NCBI GenBank assembly: GCA_033442325.1
Contig: JAWQFM010000004.1
Location: 324,459 to 388,458, forward strand
Length of the DNA: 64,000 nucleotides
Reading direction: 5' to 3'
Source: Salpingoeca rosetta
Lineage: Eukaryota > Protista > Choanoflagellata
The stretch's first letter is position 1. Every line of letters begins with the position of its first letter. Positions 1 through 23,599 of this stretch are shown here, piece after piece. The notes beneath the pieces were generated by a model. The model saw only the letters and a list, made by a program, of their open reading frames with translations, did not search any database and was not told the origin of the DNA. The translations under genes were made by a program, and so were the position numbers.

Positions 1-73
<73 letters not shown>

Positions 74-180
74 CTGTGTGTGTGAATAAAGCCCGCGTGC
101 TGCGCATCCACGCTGTGCGATTTGGCTCTGTGTCCGTTCCAACCACCAGCACCATCACGCTTCATTGCTGTTTCCTGCAG

Positions 181-1010
181 ACAACAAGCTGCGGCTGACG
201 CGTCAGGAAATTGACGGCGCGCACAAACGGAAACACCTCAAGATCTTCAACCCAAGCGTGAGTAGGGTTGCGTGCGTGCGTGTGTGTGTGTGTGAAGGTG
301 TGTGTGTGTGTGTGTGTGAAGGTGTGTGTGTGTGGTTGTTCGTGCATGCTTGTCGTTGCGTTCACAAGAACAACTCGCTCCTATTCTGTGTGTATGTGGA
401 CAACATCCCTCTCAACTGCTGGCTGTTCATTGCTTTTGTCTGTGTGTGCGTGCAGTTTGCGGTGACGCTGTACTTTGACGATGTCGAGTGGGCTAGCAAG
501 GACACAGCAACCACAACAACACAAGACGGCAACGACGACAACGATAACATCAACGACGACGCCACACCAACCACCACAACTGCTGCTACGAACGAAGACG
601 ACGACGATGCTAACACCACCACCACCACCACCACCGCGGCTGCCACGGCCACACTGAAGCCGGTGCATCCTGCGAGCATGCGGGTGAAGAGTGGCATTTC
701 ACGGACGTCGCGTCCGGGATCGCTGGTGCCGCGAAGAGGGGCGCCGCACGTGTCACCCCCACATGCTCAAGATACACGTGCAGCTGAGGCTGATGCAGGT
801 GAGGCCGAGACAGAGGGTGGTGCAGAGGGCATTGCAGAGGGTGGCGATGATGATGGTGCTGTGGAGGAGCAGGCCACTGCAGACAAGGGGATGGTGAAGG
901 GCGAAGAGGCAGAGCAGCCGCAACAGCAGGAGGAAGAGATGGAAGGGAAGGAGGGCATGCAAGAGAAGGAGGGTCCAGCGCAGGAGTCGTCGCCCACCGA
1001 TGACCAATGA
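181..1010 (+). CDS. 3' end of a PTEN/TPTE/voltage-sensing-phosphatase family gene (end of C2 domain plus acidic tail); 5' part is outside the window
   Basis: Exons 181-257 and 456-1010 (GT-AG, in frame) give DNKLRLTRQEIDGAHKRKHLKIFNPS|FAVTLYFDD. This matches the C-terminal C2 motif of PTEN/TPTE (L.L.K.ELD.A.K....F...F.V.LYF). Stop at 1008-1010. Confidence 0.7.
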
Positions 1011-1229
1011 TGGTCGTGTGTGGTGCACATGCTTTCCACGGCGCTCGCTGCCTCGTCCTCGTCTTGTTGCGCGTGTTTGTGTTGTTGTGTTACCTTTCCC
1101 TTTTGTCATTCGTGTTATCCACACTCTGTCATATCAGCTTGCGTTCCTCCTTGCGTTTTGTCGTCTGGTGTGAGCGGGAGGTGGGAGTGTTGCGTGTCTT
1201 CGCACAGTATAACAGCAGTCATGAGCCGC

Positions 1230-1580
1230 TTATCGGTGAGTGTATTTGGCACATGAGGACGCAGTGGGCTGAGGGAGCAAACAACAGCCGAGAGGGACAA
1301 GTGGGGGGGGCGGCGGCAAGGTTTGTGAACGCTTCAAAGCACTCCAGAGACGAACGCAAAGAGAGCGCGAGCAATGCACAGACGGTTGCAACGGGTAGAT
1401 GGATGTGCATGGGTAGAAGAGTGCACGCGAGGGAAGGCGGGTGGGTGGGGAAGGCGGGGCACGGGTGGATATGTAATCAAATAGGCGCACACAGACACAC
1501 AGACACAGACACAGACACAGGTACACACACACACACACAGGCACACACACACACACACACAGGCACACACACACACACAG

Positions 1581-1636
<56 letters not shown>

Positions 1637-1767
1637 ACACACACACACATACACACACACACACCAACCTTATCGTCCTTGTGGACCTTGAGCTTCTTCT
1701 TCAGGCCTTCAAACTCGTTGATGTCCTCGACGCTGAACTCGATCGTCGTGGGCGGTCGTCGCAACAT
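1230..1767 (-). CDS. CDC26: Anaphase-promoting complex subunit CDC26/APC12 (~45 aa, 2 exons)
   Basis: Exon 1767-1669 encodes MLRRPPTTIEFSVEDINEFEGLKKKLK, matching the CDC26 N-terminal signature MLRRKPT.LEL.LDDI.EFE. GT donor at 1668; plausible CAG acceptor and last exon 1268-1230 (less certain). Confidence 0.8.
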
Positions 1768-1830
1768 CACGGTCGGTGGTGGCGGTGGTTGTTTGCCGTT
1801 GAAAAAACTGCACAACCAACAACAGCTCCC

Positions 1831-1871
<41 letters not shown>

Positions 1872-1884
1872 AGACACACACACA

Positions 1885-1962
<78 letters not shown>

Positions 1963-1970
1963 GACAGACA

Positions 1971-2006
<36 letters not shown>

Positions 2007-2051
2007 TACACACACACACACGCACACACACTCACACACACACACACTACG

Positions 2052-4382
2052 ATGAGCAGTACCCTCCAGTTCCAGAGCGCTGAGTGGGCGCTCGTTGCGA
2101 AGCAAGTGCTGACACTGCCACTGACAGCAGAACGAGACAATGATGAAGATGATGAAGATGCGAGCTTTGGTGTGATAGACTGTGCTGCACCCTTTCGACC
2201 AGATGCCACTGTCCTGAAGCGCAATGCGGCGCGCACCTTCTTCAACCTCATGCTGACGTGCCGCGAACTCTACCATGATCTGCCCTGGGCAATGCCAAAG
2301 TGGTGCCTTGCTCACACTTTCCACGTTGGCAGAGGTGTTGGGATCATCCCAGTCACAGACTGGCTCGACACATTCCAAGCCACCCTCACGCCAGCGCCGG
2401 CACCCTCGCCTTCCCGGCTTTCCCAGCCTGCACAGCTGCACACGACAGCGCAAGGCAACACCGTGGGTACCCACATCCGCGCGAGACCCTCAGCCCCTAC
2501 CTCGTCGCCTGAGCTCATGTGGATGGAAAACAGGCTGCTCGTGTACTGCTGGCTCGGGGTTACGTGGGACAGCAGCTGCACCTTCCTTCGCGAGAGGTTG
2601 CCAAGACTGCAGGGGGGCTGTACTCGGCAAGACTTCTGGGAGCAGTTTGCGCAGTACGGGAGCATCCGCTTTCTCCAACTGGCGGACATTGAGACGTGGG
2701 CAATCGATGCAACCACATTGCAAACACAGCCGCACCACGCGCATGGCCAAGCGGAACAAGACGATGCTGCAGACCAGCCACAGCCCCAAGAACCGCAGAA
2801 AGACCACCTGCAGGAAGTACCCCATGCACCTGATATGGCAGGTTCTTCGGCACGCACGGGGGATGATGGCACGGGCTGCGCTGTCCTCCCTATGCCAGCT
2901 CTGTTTTATCTTGATGCAACGCTGCACAGTCAGGCAGATGCACAGCGCTTTCACGAGCTCCGCACCACGGTTCTGGCACATGCGCGTGGAGGGTCGCTCC
3001 GGCTTTGCGTGGCGTCCCCTTGGTCGTCCTTGTCAGCATACAACATGAACGCCATCAGCATCACTTCTGCAGACGCTGGCATCGACCAGCTTTGCTTACG
3101 AGATGTGGGCCGTGTGGAGTGGACTGACGCAGAGAGCCAGCGCAGTGTGCGCGGCGAGCTTGAGCGCGTGGGCCGATTCGATATTCACCACTGGAACGCC
3201 GTCGATGATGTGAGTGTGCTCTCAGGTGTCTCAGCTGTCAGGCTGTCCTACAACGAGCACCAGACGCGTGACCTGACACCACTGCGTGGTGTGAAGAAGC
3301 TGATCCTGCGTGAGCCGCCAAGCGGTACAGGGCAGGAGGTGATCGCAGCAGCACAACACCTGCAACTATCAGACATGGTGCTTGAGGTTAACACGCTCAC
3401 TGCCAAGCGCATCAGGCTGTCCGAGATGATCAGCGTGCCAGATGTCCTGCACCTACCCAACGCTACACACATCGAGTTGCTTCGTGGATGCGCAGTGAAG
3501 CAGTTCACGTGCCCGCCCCGCATCAACGCGCTTGCCATTCACCGTTGTGATTTCATCTCCATGCCCAACTTCGAGCACGCAGACGTGGTGACACTTTGGA
3601 CCCCCCTCACGCGAGAGCAACTGACTGACTTGGGCAACCGCGTGGACAGACTCGAGCTGCATTACTGCGTTGAAGATATGGCCCCGCTGCGCGACATTCG
3701 ACATGACGCGTACGTGTGTCTGACAAACGCTGTCGTCGACTCCCGCGTTCCACCGTGCGTGAAGGAATTGCATGCATTCATCTTCGGGGGTGTGCAGTGC
3801 GCGTTCCTTCGCACAGTGCCAATGTTGAGCATGACTGGCGGGCTGGAGGATCGCATCCACGATGTGCACCTCCTCTCCGGGCGCGCGTACCTCAACATTG
3901 AACAGGGCTGCGTTGACGGCGAGATTGCAGACTGTGACCACGTGCACCTCCATCATTGCTACGGAACAGCCCGCCTGACATCGATCAACACCCTCAGCAT
4001 CACCTGTGCAACCCTGGCGCCTCCTCCCACTGCATCCAACACCGATGACACGATAGATGATCACATTGCGTGTTTCGCGGGTGGTCCAAAGCTGCAGATC
4101 CGATGTCTGTTACACGTGGCCAACTGCCGGCTACACAACTGCGAAATCAACACCTTCACGTGCTTTCGCAACGTGCAGCGTGTTGCTCTTCGTCGCTGTA
4201 GGTTCGACTGCTTGGACAGCATCCCGCCCTTCACGTCCCTCAAGCTCCACAACTGTACCACAACAGACAGAGCGTGGCAGTGGCCTGACATTACCGTTGT
4301 GGGCCGGCCCCCACAAGAGGTGCAAGCGTTGCTGCTGGCAGGCCGAACCGAGAGAAGGGCAATGTGGAAGGGAGCCAAGTGA
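2052..4382 (+). CDS. Intronless 776-aa protein with F-box-like N-terminus and degenerate LRR-like solenoid (lineage-expanded family)
   Basis: Long ORF. N-terminal EWALVAKQVL...FFNLMLTCRELYHDLPW and repeats such as DVSVLSGVSAVRLSY / DLTPLRGVKKLIL. Clear paralog at 9398-11941. Confidence 0.65.
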   Translation: MSSTLQFQSAEWALVAKQVLTLPLTAERDNDEDDEDASFGVIDCAAPFRPDATVLKRNAARTFFNLMLTCRELYHDLPWAMPKWCLAHTFHVGRGVGIIPVTDWLDTFQATLTPAPAPSPSRLSQPAQLHTTAQGNTVGTHIRARPSAPTSSPELMWMENRLLVYCWLGVTWDSSCTFLRERLPRLQGGCTRQDFWEQFAQYGSIRFLQLADIETWAIDATTLQTQPHHAHGQAEQDDAADQPQPQEPQKDHLQEVPHAPDMAGSSARTGDDGTGCAVLPMPALFYLDATLHSQADAQRFHELRTTVLAHARGGSLRLCVASPWSSLSAYNMNAISITSADAGIDQLCLRDVGRVEWTDAESQRSVRGELERVGRFDIHHWNAVDDVSVLSGVSAVRLSYNEHQTRDLTPLRGVKKLILREPPSGTGQEVIAAAQHLQLSDMVLEVNTLTAKRIRLSEMISVPDVLHLPNATHIELLRGCAVKQFTCPPRINALAIHRCDFISMPNFEHADVVTLWTPLTREQLTDLGNRVDRLELHYCVEDMAPLRDIRHDAYVCLTNAVVDSRVPPCVKELHAFIFGGVQCAFLRTVPMLSMTGGLEDRIHDVHLLSGRAYLNIEQGCVDGEIADCDHVHLHHCYGTARLTSINTLSITCATLAPPPTASNTDDTIDDHIACFAGGPKLQIRCLLHVANCRLHNCEINTFTCFRNVQRVALRRCRFDCLDSIPPFTSLKLHNCTTTDRAWQWPDITVVGRPPQEVQALLLAGRTERRAMWKGAK

Positions 4383-5134
4383 CGTTACAGCGAGGCAAAT
4401 GTTGGTCGGTCAGTTGCTGATGTCCTCGTGATGGCTGCTGTGTTGTTTGTCGTGCGAAGCCCACTTCTGAGAGGTGGTTGTTGTTGCGTGACATGTTGTT
4501 GCCGATGGGTGGTCGGGCTGCTGGCTCCTTGTTGGCAAGTTGGTTGTTTTTCGAGTTGTGCTATCGTCTTGATTTGTGGCTGCCATGTCCACAGCGCATG
4601 GCATATCGCTTGTCTGCGTCTTGTCATGTCACATAAAATAACCTGCGTCAGTCCCTCTGAGCTCAGCACGATCCTCAAACGTGAAATGAGAACAACTGCC
4701 GCAACAGCTCGCGCCTGTGGTCTGGCACCTTTATTCTTCCAGCACAGCAGCATGGACACGACCACAGCAGGCGAGGAGCATAAGCAGGAACACGATGACA
4801 CGAGACTGGGCATTGTCAAACTGAAGAACTGAAGAACTCACTCCACAAGAACAAGAGAGAACACGCAACTGCTGTCCTAAAGCTCGACCTGCGCGATCAA
4901 ACCGCACGCTCTTGCATGGTGATGTGGCTTCACAAGCAGCACAAGGCATCAGACCTGAACGCCAACAACAAGAGAACAGGGGCAAGAAGCGAGCGTTGAA
5001 CCAACCAAGCGTCATGAGCACGAACACAACGTACAGCCTCACCACCACCACCACCAAACAGCCAAACATTGATCTCATGTCTGAGGATGTCACGTGTACG
5101 TGAGCACGTGTGTGCGTTTGTACAGTACACGCGG

Positions 5135-6397
5135 TCAGCAGCCAGGGTCGATGAGTAGCACATCCCCAGCGACGTGTGGAATGGCGTAGATGAGGCCATT
5201 GCTTGCGAGGACACCTTCATGCCACTTGTCGATGCCAGAAGTGACTGGAAGCGACGTGGTGTCGGTGGTGTTGGTTGCTGGGTCGATGATGAGGACAGAT
5301 TCCGCATTAAGCGGGATGCCGAAGATGTTGCCGTTTGGTGCAAGCACGCCGCCGAGCCACTTGGAACCGTCGCTCGAGAGGCCGGTGATGGCCGTCGTGT
5401 CGGCCGTGTTTGAGGTGGGGTCGATGACGAGCACTGTCGTGGCGGATTTCGGAATGCCGTAAATGAGACCGTTCCGCGCGAGCACGGTGCCAAACCACTT
5501 GCTGCTACCTGTCAACCCAGCAATAGATGTGGTGTCTGCGGTGTTCCTGGCTGGGTCGATGATGAGGACGGCGTTTGCGCTGTGTGGCACGCTGTAGATG
5601 AGCCCGTTGGCGGCTTGAACACCCCCGAACCATTTGAAGTAGTCCCCACCAAAGCCAGATATCGTCGTGACATCTGTGGTGTGGAGAGTGGGGTTGATGA
5701 CGAGCACAGAGCTTGCAGACCACGGAATGCCGTAGATGTGCCCGTTGTGTGCGGCAACCCCGCTCCTCCATTTTCCGCCACCGCCGCCGGAAGGCAGTCC
5801 GCCCAGGGTGGTGGTGTCCACGGTGTTTGCGCGTGGGTCAATGATGAGCACAGACGTTGCGCTTTCGGGAAACCCGTAGATGAGCCCGTTGTCGGCCAGC
5901 ACCCCGCCCGTCCATTTGCTGCCGCCTGCAGGCAAACCGGAGATGGATGTTGTGTCGGCGGTGTTGGTGGCAGGGTCGATGATGAGCACGGACGTGGACA
6001 AGTACGGGATGCCGTAGATGAGCCCGTTGTCGGCCAGCACGCCGCCAATCCAGCCGCGGTCCATCATGCCCATGTTTGGAATGGAAGTTGTCGTTGGCGG
6101 GAAGCGACGGCACAGCGCCTCGCGTTGCTCTTGCAACTGAATTGCCTGTCTTGACACCACACGCTGCTGTTCAAGCACAAGCGCGAACATCTTGCCCACG
6201 TCCACTCCGTTCACAAACACTGGTTCAGTCAGCGCATCGCTCGTGTTGATGTGCAGGGCGCCGCTCCCGTCCCGGCCAATGCCGACATCACCACTGAGCG
6301 CTGCAGTTTGGGGCAGTGGTGCGACAAGAAGAAGCAGCAGCAGCAGCAGCAGTAGACGCAGCGGTGGGAGGAAGAGGAGGAGGGCGAGGGTTGACAT
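5135..6397 (-). CDS. Secreted protein A: signal peptide, HINTSD..PVFVNG neck, short coiled coil, seven ~47-aa repeats (predicted 7-bladed beta-propeller)
   Basis: Leu-rich signal from ATG 6397; seven repeats of KWxGGVLAxNGLIYGIPxSAxSVLIIDPxTNTxDTT; ends IDPGC-stop; intronless. Confidence 0.85.
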   Translation of the reverse strand: MSTLALLLFLPPLRLLLLLLLLLLVAPLPQTAALSGDVGIGRDGSGALHINTSDALTEPVFVNGVDVGKMFALVLEQQRVVSRQAIQLQEQREALCRRFPPTTTSIPNMGMMDRGWIGGVLADNGLIYGIPYLSTSVLIIDPATNTADTTSISGLPAGGSKWTGGVLADNGLIYGFPESATSVLIIDPRANTVDTTTLGGLPSGGGGGKWRSGVAAHNGHIYGIPWSASSVLVINPTLHTTDVTTISGFGGDYFKWFGGVQAANGLIYSVPHSANAVLIIDPARNTADTTSIAGLTGSSKWFGTVLARNGLIYGIPKSATTVLVIDPTSNTADTTAITGLSSDGSKWLGGVLAPNGNIFGIPLNAESVLIIDPATNTTDTTSLPVTSGIDKWHEGVLASNGLIYAIPHVAGDVLLIDPGC

Positions 6398-6667
6398 GAT
6401 GATCTGTGGCTGGTGGGTTGTGGTGTTGTGCGTTTTGTTGGAGAGTGCGTCTTGGCATTTCGCTTTGCTTTTTGCCAGCAACAAGAGTGCTTACCACAGA
6501 GAAGCAGTGCTTGTCAATTCTGATTGTGCCGAGGCTCAAGAGACACTCAGCGTTCATTCATCCATCCACAAGAACACCGGCAGAAAGCAGAAGAGGAAGT
6601 CGAACACCCTGTCACTGACCCTTCCGTCGACAACAACGCAAACAAGCAAACACTGCCAAGAACAACA

Positions 6668-8866
<2,199 letters not shown>

Positions 8867-9312
8867 TGGCGCACTCACTTTCCGACACCACCTGCTGACA
8901 CCCCTCGTCTCTTTGCTGTTATATACTCGCTGCCTGGCACGACCTTGACCTAGCGCGTTTCTTCGCTTCGTTCCAGTACCTCACCAAAGAACATCATCTT
9001 GTCCCCCCTTTCTATGACACGTGCATGTCGTGTCACGTTTACTGTGGTGTCGTGGTTGAAAGGAAACACTTGTGAACCCTGTCTCCAACAGACACAGACA
9101 CACGTGTCCCACGAGTCAAGAATGTTGGCGTCGATACAGTGGCCAGCGTATGCACTGAGCATGAGACAAACGAGCAGCAGTGAGCCTTTGAACCATGGAC
9201 AATGGAGAGAAAGCTTGGTGGCACGAGGAGAGGACGTTGGTGGAGAGATGGGGCAGAAGCGGAAAGCGAAACGGGGGAGAGACGTTGAAGAGATGATCAA
9301 AGTCAAGCGAAC

Positions 9313-9380
<68 letters not shown>

Positions 9381-9397
9381 GTCGCACCCTCACGCCC

Positions 9398-11941
<2,544 letters not shown>

Positions 11942-11942
11942 G

Positions 11943-12079
<137 letters not shown>

Positions 12080-12874
12080 TGACATGCGTTGCTTGGTTGA
12101 CGAAAGTCTGTGAATGATGCGCACAATCCTCCGAACTTGAAGTGGCAAGTTTGTGTGTTGTGCTGGCTGGTTGGTTGGTCTGGTTGGTTGTGGCCACGAG
12201 CACACGACGATGATGGGTGCGTGTTGATCTGATGATGGTGATGATGGTGATGTTTGGTGTGCTGGCAGTGGTTCTGTTGCCTCTGCTGTCACAGTGACCA
12301 TGCATACGTAAGCGTGTCGAGGTGGTGGTGACACAGAAGGTGGGAGAAGGGCTGAGACAGCGATGATGAGAATGATCCTGTGCATGTGTGTGTGCGTGTT
12401 GTCAAGTTTGCAAGCGTTGACCCTCTCCACCTCTCCACCTCTCGACTACTGTTGCTCACACCGACCTGACCCGCCCAATCAAACGACCATCATTCCACAG
12501 GGATCAAACGAGCCGCAATGTGCCCAGTGTCGCATCGCTTCGTGGAAAGGGATCACACCGCCTCTGTTGTTTGGTGTATGGGGCAGTAGTTTCCACATGA
12601 GTTAGGAACCACCACCACCACCATCAGCAGCAGCAGCAGCAGCAGTGTGTGCTGGTGAGCTTCCATGCAGCATCACAGGAGGCTGGCCTGCAGGGGATGG
12701 CGTGGGCAAGGAGCTGTGTATGGATCCAGTGCTGATGTGGGTGGTGGTGGCGAGAGCTGGCACGGCGTGCTCAAGGTTTGATTGGGCAAGAGACGAGGGA
12801 GGACGACTAGGACGAGGAACGGATGTCATTGGGCCACCATGAGCAGAAGGACAGCGTTTGCGCGTTTGCTGCAT

Positions 12875-12951
<77 letters not shown>

Positions 12952-12961
12952 GCGTGCGTGC

Positions 12962-13053
<92 letters not shown>

Positions 13054-14148
13054 TGTATTGGGTTGCATGGGCTGTACATATTGTGTTCTGTTGTGCCTTT
13101 TGCGTGCTTTCAGGTGGATACTTTTTGCTTTTCTCCCCACTCCTCACGGTATTTGTGACCCACAACACACATGTTGCGTTGTTCAAGTGTCGTGGCGCAG
13201 GTTAGCAGGTTTGGAGAGACCTTATGTCGCGCATTACTTTCGTGTTGTTCATTGTTTGGCACCAACACCATAGATCATGCCTGACGACCCCTTGATGGCA
13301 CCTCCTTGATTGCGTGTCTCTGAGTTCCTTCAACACTTCTTGTTGTGGTGACAATACAATGGTGGCTATGCATCAGCTTGCGCTCAGCACATCAGGTCAG
13401 CACTGTTCCATGTACCCAGAGTGGAAAAGTGCAAGTCAGCACACAGAGAGGAGATCAAGAACACTGGGTCGCCTGCACTCGATGAGCTGCTGGGCTGGTG
13501 TGTGGCATTCATCATACCCATGCATTTATGCTTGAGCTTGTCGCGGCTTGTGCTGCCCTCACGTCTGAGATCAAGAGTGAATGTTTAATCTAGTGATCTG
13601 TTGATTGACCATGACATGAGCGGGTTGATTACCTTGTTGCATGTCTCATTTCGTCCAACTAGCGTATTCTCGACCGCAGCTTTCTCAAACGAGCTGAGGG
13701 CAATGGCTTTCTTTTCTGCCACCACCAAGAAGACTTTACACACCATCAACGCCAGGATCATAAGATCACAGTCACGCAAACAGACCCTCGCTGACAACAA
13801 GCCAGTCTTTAAAGTCCCCAGTCGTCGTTGCCTTGCCATCAGGTGGGAGGGGGCGTTGCCCAACCAACTGAACACTCACCACGCCCCTTTCAATTATTTC
13901 TTCGTGACATTGCGTTTACGTCCTTTCCCATGTACTCGCTTTTGCGCGTTTTGGCTCTGCGCTGCACACTCCGGCGTGCAGCGCATTTTGTTTGTTTGTT
14001 TGCCTGTGCACATGCTTGGCGACGCCCTCACAGCCAACAAACAGACACAAACAGACAGCGTGCATTCATTTTACTTCACGCCTCACTTCACCCTCACACC
14101 GCCACACCCCACTGTGTCTGCAACCGTCAGCACAGCAAACGAGCAAAG

Positions 14149-20312
<6,164 letters not shown>

Positions 20313-20337
20313 GAGAGTTATGTGCGTGCGTGCGTGC

Positions 20338-20425
<88 letters not shown>

Positions 20426-21028
20426 AGGGGGGGGGGTGGAGTGGGGAGAGCTGGGGTGCCTGGTGCCCTTGTCAAATTGTTTCAAATTGTTACTCTCTCC
20501 ACTTCGACTGGTTGGTCTGTTGAGAACTGAGAACACTAGAATATGGCGTTGGTTCCCTCCATTTGTGTGTGGGTGTGTGTGGGTGTGTGTGGGTGTGGGT
20601 GTGGGTGTGTGTGGGTGTGGGTGTGGGTGTGCAATGGCTTTCCCTTTGATAGAAGCCGTGCATCCATGAGTGGTTGTTGTGATGGAGGTGGCGTGACTGG
20701 CGAAAGGTGATGCAGTTGGTTGTACATACACGTTGGAGATGAACACGGGCAAAGCAAACAACACAAAAAAGGGGGCTGGAATGATGATGCTGGGTGACGC
20801 AACAACAAAACGGAGGGCAGAGCACAAGACATGAGCGCGCACACACGCATACACGCACAGATGCAGATGCAGATGCAACTGAAAGGGTGCAGGACGTGTT
20901 GTGCCAACAGTCATGTACAGCAGAAGAAGGGGAAAGGCACAGCAGGGTAATCGAATGATCCGTGGGCAGGAGTGAGGTGCCGTCAACAAGCGTTGAAATG
21001 TAGTTGCGATACGGCAAACAACATCGAT

Positions 21029-21990
21029 ACACTGGTCGATGACGAGCACAGACACGGCGTTGGCGGGAGGAATGCAGTGGACAAGGCCATCCACAGCAAG
21101 CAAGCACGCCTCCTGATGCTGGTCGTTGATGTTGCCGTTTGACGCAAGCAAGCCGCCAGCCCACTGCACTGCAATCGCTGCGTGTGGAGCTGGGTGGATG
21201 ACAAGCGCCGTCGTCGTCGAGTGATCTGCTGGCTGGGACATTGTAGATGAGGTCGTTGCCTGCCTGTGAGGTCGCCTCCCGCACCACGAGTGCCAGCGAA
21301 TGAATGTGCTTCGTGGGATGCAGGAGTGGATGAGGCCATTTCCAGCTGGCATGCTTCATCAGGCAGCTGTGTTGGTGGTCCTTGGATGAATCGAGGATAG
21401 TGGATAGAGTGTTGCAGTCGCCGATAAGGGCATTGTCCTTGCTTGCAACAAGGGATGATAGTCAGCGTCTAGATGAGGCCGTTTCTCGCTGGAACTGTGG
21501 TCGTTGCGCCGAACAGGGAGTGGGTGGAAGGGATCGATGATGGGCACAGATGCACGTCTCTGCGCACAGATCAAGTGATTGCTGTTGTTGGTGTTGTTGT
21601 AGGGCATTGCAACACCACCCATGCCACGTTGCCAATCCCTGTGGTTTGGGCACGTAGCTTGCTGCTTCAGCGTGTCACATGATGGTGCGCTGTGTCTATG
21701 AGGCGTCCTCGCCACTGGTTGATGGGCGCTCCTGCAGCATATGTGCTGCACTGGCACTGATGCAAGCATACCGTTCACGTCCATCATGCCCGTTGACTGA
21801 CTTGAGCCCATCAGAGGGATGGATGGTGTTGATGTGTTGATGTGGAAGGGAAGGTGCCGACCTTCTTGTGTCAATCACAACTTTGATCCTCCCCAACAAC
21901 CGCCACGCTTTCTCTTGCACAACACATGATCCTGCCACCACCATGGTGCACCTGTTTGTATCTGTGGCAAGAGCCATCAGTGCAGCAAAC
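21029..21990 (-). pseudogene. Decayed copy of the secreted propeller family
   Basis: Fragments in shifting frames: FHINTS, DVNGMLA, GGV..SVPIIDP, AGNGLIH..IP, WAGGLLASNGNI, GLVHCIP..SVLVIDQC (equivalent of terminal IDPGC). Confidence 0.75.
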
Positions 21991-22347
21991 GAGGAAGAAG
22001 GCGAAGAAGAGCACAGATGGCGTCCACATTCATCCAAGCAAGCGGGCAACAGAGCGAGCAGGCAACAGAGCGAGCAAGCACTGGCTGGCTTGTTGCGGCA
22101 GTGTGGAGTGTGTGCGACAACACAAGAACTGCTGTGTACTGTGTTGTATTGTTTTGTCTTTTTGCTTTGTGCTGCAGGGCGGGAAAGTGCTTGCCAGAAA
22201 CGCAAGGATTTTCCTTCTCTGTCAACACGGCAAGCAAAGAAGGAAGCAAACAGCGTAGTGCGTTCTGTTGATGTGAGCGCCACTTTTCGCCAACAAGAAG
22301 CAAAGGACAGAAAAAAGGACAGACAACAAACAAGCAAGCAAACACAC

Positions 22348-22640
22348 TTGGATGGTTTGTGGATGCGATCACAAAGCAGGCCTTCCTCGCGTTCACGCAA
22401 GCCAGCAAGCAAGCAAGCACCTCGTCGTTGTGGTGCAACAATACAAGAGGGACACCTGCTGCGCGTGTATTATTGATTTGTTGCACAAGCAGTGGCAGCC
22501 ACTCCACGATGCAGTGGGCAATGGAACCGTGCTCTTGGTGTCGCACACATGGCGGTTCAAGAAAACGACGCACGTGCTGGACGTGTTCAGCGTGCTGTTG
22601 CTTTGAGAGTTGGCACATGAAGAAGGAGCAGGCAGCGCAA
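22348..22640 (+). pseudogene. Decayed 5' fragment of a TIR-like/TPR family gene
   Basis: CACIIDLLHK..DAVGNGTVLLVSHTWRFK..DVFSVLL aligns by eye with CSYIDLLRR..EVGPATVFVSHAWQYK..DVLTTML of the 6668 gene; stops and frameshifts present. Confidence 0.6.
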
Positions 22641-23599
22641 GGTAACAGCAATGTGTGCGTAGAAAGACTGTGTGTTGCAAAACACTCTACTCACTCCACT
22701 GACTGCTCCCACCAACCACTGCCTTCGAATCCGATCTCACCACCTTTCCCCACCCCCCTGCTGCTACCATATCAGGAAGCGTCTGCCACAAGAACCGACC
22801 CCCTCCCGACTCCCATGCAAGCGCCTGCTCAACGCTCGACCTCCATGCGCACGCAATGTAAGCCGGCTGCAGTCACCTCCCTGTTCGTCACTTTTTTCCT
22901 CCTAAATCACACGCATGCAACACTCATGCACACGAACACAACCGCACACATGTGACAATGCCACCACCACCTGCAGTCATACAGCGTGGGCGACCGCAGG
23001 AGAGCAGACTGGGAATGAGCGTGGTTGAAGTGGGCGAGGAAGAGGACAAGGAGCTCGTGTACGGAGCAGAGGATATGGCAGAGAGGGTACATCCATCCAC
23101 ACCACACGCGACAGCGCCACCATAATGAACGCGGCACCACTCCTGCAACTACTATTTGGGAGCGGCATCAGGCCCATTCCCACCAGCATTGCCTGCGTCT
23201 GTACACGGGCCAGCAGTGACACCGTCTCTGACGCATGCCATGATGCCGACATTTGTCAACGACACCAATCATCACAAGCACATTGCCACCGCTGCAGCGG
23301 GATTGCAGAGCAGCCACCAAAATGTCAGGGTTGCCTGCAGCAACGATACAGCAACAGCAACAGCAACGACAGCAACGACGACAACAGCTGCGATGGCAGC
23401 AGAAGCAGCGGCAGCAGTAGGGCTTGTCCACCCTCCTTTCCGAACACGGTGCCGTTACCTCATGTCTGCGACGACTGCAGCGACAGCGCCACGGCCGTTC
23501 AGGGGCACCCTTTCTGTCGCCTACTCGCTTGACGGCATCACCATCGTCCTCATCGTCGTCTTCTTCACCACCGTCATCAACAACAACGACTGAAGCAGC

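Noticed and set aside
8950-9230. GDKMMFFGEVLE resembling ADKKMIFQTIE of the TIR-TPR gene; likewise GEEH..DT at ~4750-4830
   Set aside because: Similarity too short to distinguish from chance.
12600-13900. Short minus-strand ORFs between the LRR-like and NWD-like genes
   Set aside because: No motifs or convincing splice model.
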